From: Ranitomeya imitator
Taxonomy: Eukaryota
Reading direction: 5' to 3'
NCBI RefSeq assembly: GCF_032444005.1
Contig: NC_091289.1
Location: forward strand, 171,182,001-171,246,000
DNA: 64,000 bases
The translations under genes were made by a program, and so were the position numbers. Position 1 is the first letter of the stretch. Each line of letters starts with the position of its first letter. The notes beneath the pieces are model-generated. The model saw only the letters and a list, made by a program, of their open reading frames with translations. It was not told the origin of the DNA and did no database searches. Shown piece by piece: positions 59,775 through 64,000 of this stretch.

Positions 59775-60230
59775 GCTCTGTAGTGTTCCGGGTCCGTCAT
59801 GCGTGGCAGTGTGGTGTTCCGGCTCTGTCACATGCGGCACTGTAGTGTTCTGGCTCCATCATGTGTGGCACTGTAGTGTTCCGTCATGCGTGGCACTGTA
59901 GTGTTCCGTCACGGGCGGCACTGTAGTGTTCCGTCACAGGCGGCATTGTAGTGTTCTGGCTCTGTCACGGGCGGCACTGTAGTGTTCTGGCTCTGTCACG
60001 GGCGGCACTGTAGTGTTCTGGCTCTGTCACGGGCGGCACTGTAGTGTTCTGGCTCTGTCACGGGCGGCACTGTAGTGTTCTGGCTCTGTCACGGGCGGCA
60101 CTGTAGTGTTCTGGCTCTGTCATGGGCGGCACTGTAGTGTTCTGGCTCTGTCACGGGCGGCACTGTAGTGTTCCGTCATGCGCGGCACTGTAGCGTTCTG
60201 GCTCAGTCACGCGCGGCACTGTAGTATTCC
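59775..60230. repeat. About 31-bp minisatellite with deletion variants (ggcactgtagtgttctggctctgtcacgggc)
   Basis: Direct reading. Confidence 0.88.
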
Positions 60231-60830
60231 GGCTTTGTAACACTTTTTAAGTTCAGTAGACGTGGGACCTGCTAACAGCCTATCAGTGGGGGTTCCAGGT
60301 GTCGGACTCCCGTCAATCTGATGAATGACCTATCCATGTGAAACCAGCCTCACTTTAACTCCATTATATATTATTATGTGAAGGTGTATGGAGTTGGCTA
60401 AGGAGCAGTCAGCTCCACACATGGCAAGTGCCAGCTGTGTTATACAGTAGGTACCTTCCTGTATCAGCAGTAACCAGGGCTAGCTCTGATCACTGCTGAT
60501 TAATCATGTAAATTGTGAGAATCTGGTGGGTCCACCATTCCGACACCCATGTTCCGACAATCATGTTCCCAGGTCAATTTTTATTGCGCCTTTTTTTTTT
60601 TTCTTCCATTTTTCAGTACATAATTTCGTAAACTGAGTGATGCTACTCCAAATTACAATTGGCCCGGAAAAAAGAAACCCTCTTGTGGCTATGTTGACGT
60701 TAAAAATAAAAAAGTGAAATAAGGGGAGAAAAAAAATTGGAAGCGCAAAAATAAAACTTGTCTGTGAATGAGACAGTTAATAGTTTTGTTTTTTGTGTCA
60801 CGGAATCATTGTTGGTTTCTGCCTCCACAG

Positions 60831-60949
60831 CCTGAGGGCGCTCTACCTAAAGGATAACTGTCTGTCTGACACTGGGGTCCGGAAGTTGACTGCTCCTGTC
60901 CGGGTGCTGCATAGAGGCCTTGGGAAACTGACCCTCCTGGACGTGTCCT
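60831..60949 (+). CDS. LRRC42: LRRC42 coding exon 3
   Basis: (S)LRALYLKDNCLSDTGVRKLTAPVRVLHRGLGKLTLLDVS. Confidence 0.95.
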
Positions 60950-61645
60950 GTAAGTCTCTCCTGTGCTCTGTTCACATGGGGATATGACGCAGTAATGTGT
61001 TCGATTGCTTCAGTTCTGGCTAAATCAGATGATTGTGATCCAGACTGTGTCCAGAACAAAACAGCTCATTTCTGTAAATCCTATCAGGTTAACCTCTCTC
61101 CAACCAGCTCATTACCAGGCAGACATTTTTGTGTTTTTACTTATTTATTTTTTCATAGTCTTTTTTTTTTCTTTCTTTACATGCTGTTTTGATAGCTGTA
61201 AAAAATAATAAATATATATATAATCTCTATTATTTTTATTTATTTTTTTGCAAATATCAAAGGAACATGTTATGTTATTCTTCATAGTATTTGTTATTTT
61301 TTTTCTTTAAATTGTTTCCTCTTCTGTAACAGTTATTTTTGTGTATCCGACATGCAATTTTGTTTTCTCCCTTTAATCGGGAGCAGGGATATTAACAGTA
61401 GTTGGGACAGGAAGAAGCTTTTAAATATACATTATATAACACAGTCATCCTGTATGGAGTGGGTTTACCGTATACCTGCTCCAAATCCAAGACACAAACA
61501 TAAATGTACATCATGGAGGGGGAAGGAGGTAAATATTCCCTTGTGCAAATGTAGGGGAACAGATGGTAAAATGAAAATGCGATGCAGGAATGAAGGAGGA
61601 CATAGTTAGATGTAGATACACAGAGGTCCTTACTTATTATGCTTT

Positions 61646-61875
61646 GCTTCTAGAGCGCCATCATATTCCGCAGCGCTCTACAGACATTATCACCACTGTC
61701 CCCATTGGGGCTCACAATCTAGATTCCCTATCAGTATGTCTTTGGAGTGTGGGAGGAAACCAGAGAACCTGACGGAAACCCAGGGAAACACGGGGAGAAC
61801 ATAGAAATTCCTTGCAGATGTTGTCTTGCTGAGATTAGAGCTGCAAGGCTGCAGTGCTAACCACTGAGCCACCAG
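61646..61875 (-). mobile_element. V-SINE-like tRNA-derived SINE
   Basis: Minus strand starts ggtggctcagtggttagcactgcagccttgcag (tRNA-like head), has a V-domain-like ggtttcctcccacac segment and an L2-like tail; B-box region appears eroded. Confidence 0.7.
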
Positions 61876-62798
61876 ACAGTGCTAACCACTGAGCCACCAT
61901 ACAGTGCTAATCACTGAGCCACCATACAGTGATAACCACTGAGCCACCATACAGTGCTAACCACTGAGCCACCATACAGTGATAACCACTGAGCCACCAT
62001 ACAGTGCTAATCACTGAGCCAGCATACAGTGCTAATCACTGAGCCACCATACAGTGCTAACCACTGAGCCACCATACAGTGATAACCACTGAGCCACCAT
62101 ACAGTGATAACCACTGAGCCACCATACAGTGCTAACCACTGAACCACCATACAGTGCTAACCACTGAGCCACCATACAGTGCTAACCACTGAGCCACCAT
62201 ACAGTGCTAATCACTGAGCCACCATACAGTGCTAACCACTGAGCCACCATACAGTGCTAACCACTGAGCCACCATACAGTGCTAACCACTGAGCCACCAT
62301 ACAGTGCTAATCACTGAGCCATCATACAGTGCTAATCACTGAGCCATCATACAGTGCTAACCACTGAGCCACCATACAGTGCTAACCACTGAGCCACCAT
62401 ACAGTGCTAATCACTGAGCCACCATACAGTGCTAATCACTGAGCCACCATACAGTGCTAATCACTGAGCCAGCATACAGTGCTAATCACTGAGCCAGCAT
62501 ACAGTGCTAATCACTGAGCCAGCATACAGTGCTAATCACTGAGCCACCATACAGTGCTAATCACTGAGCCACCATACAGTGCTAACCACTGAGCCACCAT
62601 ACAGTGCTAACCACTGAGCCACCATACAGTGCTAACCACTGAGCCACCATACAGTGCTAACCACTGAGCCACCATACAGTGCTAACCACTGAGCCACCAT
62701 ACAGTGCAAACCACTGAGCCACCATACAGTGCTAATCACTGAGCCACCATACAGTGCTAATCACTGAGCCATCATACAGTGCTAACCACTGAGCCATC
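61876..62798. repeat. 25-bp tandem array, about 37 copies, derived from the SINE head (atacagtgctaaccactgagccacc)
   Basis: Direct reading; each unit contains TGGCTCAGTG(G/A) on the minus strand. Confidence 0.93.
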
Positions 62799-63143
62799 AT
62801 GCTTCTGTTTGTTGCTCTGCAGATTTTTTCATAAGGCGTGTATTTCTGGGTATTGCCATCTGTCACAGTCCTTTCATACCTTACATTCTGGCAGAGAGAC
62901 AATTGTAGAGTCGATGTCGGTTTTCTGCCGTCCATAGTACGGTCCCTTCTCTTGTTGCACATTTGCTGCATTTCTCTTGTTTTTTTTTCCCCCTCCGTTT
63001 CAGGTAGTGAAATACATATAGAAAATCTCTGTTCACTGCTAAAAGTAAAGAGCGATTCCGCCGATATGTAACCGGTTGCAGAGAGGATTTGCGCACATTG
63101 CCTTTCTGCAGGCCGTCCATGGTTATGTGCTTCTCTCCTGTAG

Positions 63144-63232
63144 GTAATCCTGAGATCACGGAGACGGGGGTGAGCTTCCTGCTTGTATTCAATCAGCTAG
63201 AATACCTGGACATCTCTGACACGGGTGTACAG
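63144..63232 (+). CDS. LRRC42: LRRC42 coding exon 4
   Basis: (C)NPEITETGVSFLLVFNQLEYLDISDTGVQ. Confidence 0.95.
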
Positions 63233-63940
63233 GTAATATGTTACAGCATAAGCGTGCACACTGGCGGTGACCGACAGCAGAGGGTCCTGTGCAACAACGA
63301 TATATGGGCGATTTACAGTCCAGTGGCATCAAAATGCACAACTGCACCTGCTTTGGAGATGAAGGTGGCCCCCCTACCTCTTGGGACCCAGTGAGAGTTG
63401 CAGTTCGGCGATGGCTTCGAAGCCACAGGGTGCATTCATTAAATGGATCAGTGGTCTCCGATGTGACTGAGGGGGCGGGATTACTTACCACTTGGTCAAC
63501 AATAGGGAATACTGTAGTGAGATTTGTCAAAAAGATTTGCAGGACCCTGGGCCAGCAGCCACTGCAGGAGTCATTATGCTGTATATTAGGCTCTATAACA
63601 TCGTGGGAGCCTGGTAATCAGAAAGGGATGCTGCAGGCAGGAGGAAGGTAACAGGTCTGTGATCTGGCAGCCATGGTTAACCTATGCGGCCATTTTACCT
63701 GGGTCCTGAAAATCTTTTTACTCCACTCTAGCAGTCAGCAACCCTTTTGAAACTACAACCCCCAGCATTCCCTGACAAGCTGCCGTTATTTAGGCATACT
63801 TAGAGTTGAAGTTTCATGTTAGCTGGCGTGCCGCAGGTTGCTGACGCATGATCTAGTGTGTTTTCGCTGTAGGGAACTCTACCTCCCATGTGCATTCCTT
63901 ACACCTATTGGTATTTTTTTATTTTTTTTTCTCTTTTTAG

Positions 63941-64000
63941 GATCCCATTGCAACCTGTAAGAAAATCCAAACAAGAATGGGCCTGATTCAGTCCATGAAA
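63941..64000 (+). CDS. LRRC42: LRRC42 coding exon 5 (truncated by the window edge)
   Basis: Long pyrimidine tract and TAG acceptor; DPIATCKKIQTRMGLIQSMK aligns with human DIKTVKHKLQTHIGLVHSK. Confidence 0.85.

Noticed and set aside
61840-61875. tRNA gene
   Set aside because: Only the 5' A-box part is tRNA-like; it continues into SINE body and tail with no complete cloverleaf.
61876-62798. CRISPR-like appearance of regular short repeats (also 36889-38250 and 47873-48575)
   Set aside because: No unique spacers, no cas genes, vertebrate context; these are head-to-tail minisatellites.

Overview
This is vertebrate genomic DNA, almost certainly from a frog: the DIO1 protein resembles the Xenopus enzyme as I recall it, and the repeat families are amphibian-type. 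Four host genes could be reconstructed exon by exon from splice sites and reading phase, in the order known from human 1p32: YIPF1 (-, 5' exons only), DIO1 (+, complete 250-aa selenoprotein with an in-frame UGA and a GUGA-type SECIS), IFT25/HSPB11 (-, complete, 139 aa) and LRRC42 (+, 5' part). IFT25 and LRRC42 share a head-to-head promoter. Most of the remaining sequence is transposon-derived: a DIRS1 retrotransposon (gag, RT, RNase H, adenine methyltransferase, tyrosine recombinase), an L1 split by nested insertions, a CR1 with an uninterrupted RT ORF, a 4.2-kb fold-back Penelope pair, Tc1, hAT, piggyBac-, Kolobok/T2- and Harbinger-like MITEs, a V-SINE and several minisatellites. The least expected layer is RNA-level. 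I count eight minimal type I hammerhead-ribozyme-like motifs in Penelope-type terminal repeats or small retroposed elements, several with natural core variants (CCGUUGA, or an A3-U8 swap). One canonical-core copy lies in sense orientation in the predicted IFT25 3' UTR, inside a ~185-bp hairpin formed with its own damaged antisense copy. All calls are from manual reading; no alignment, folding or database search was run.
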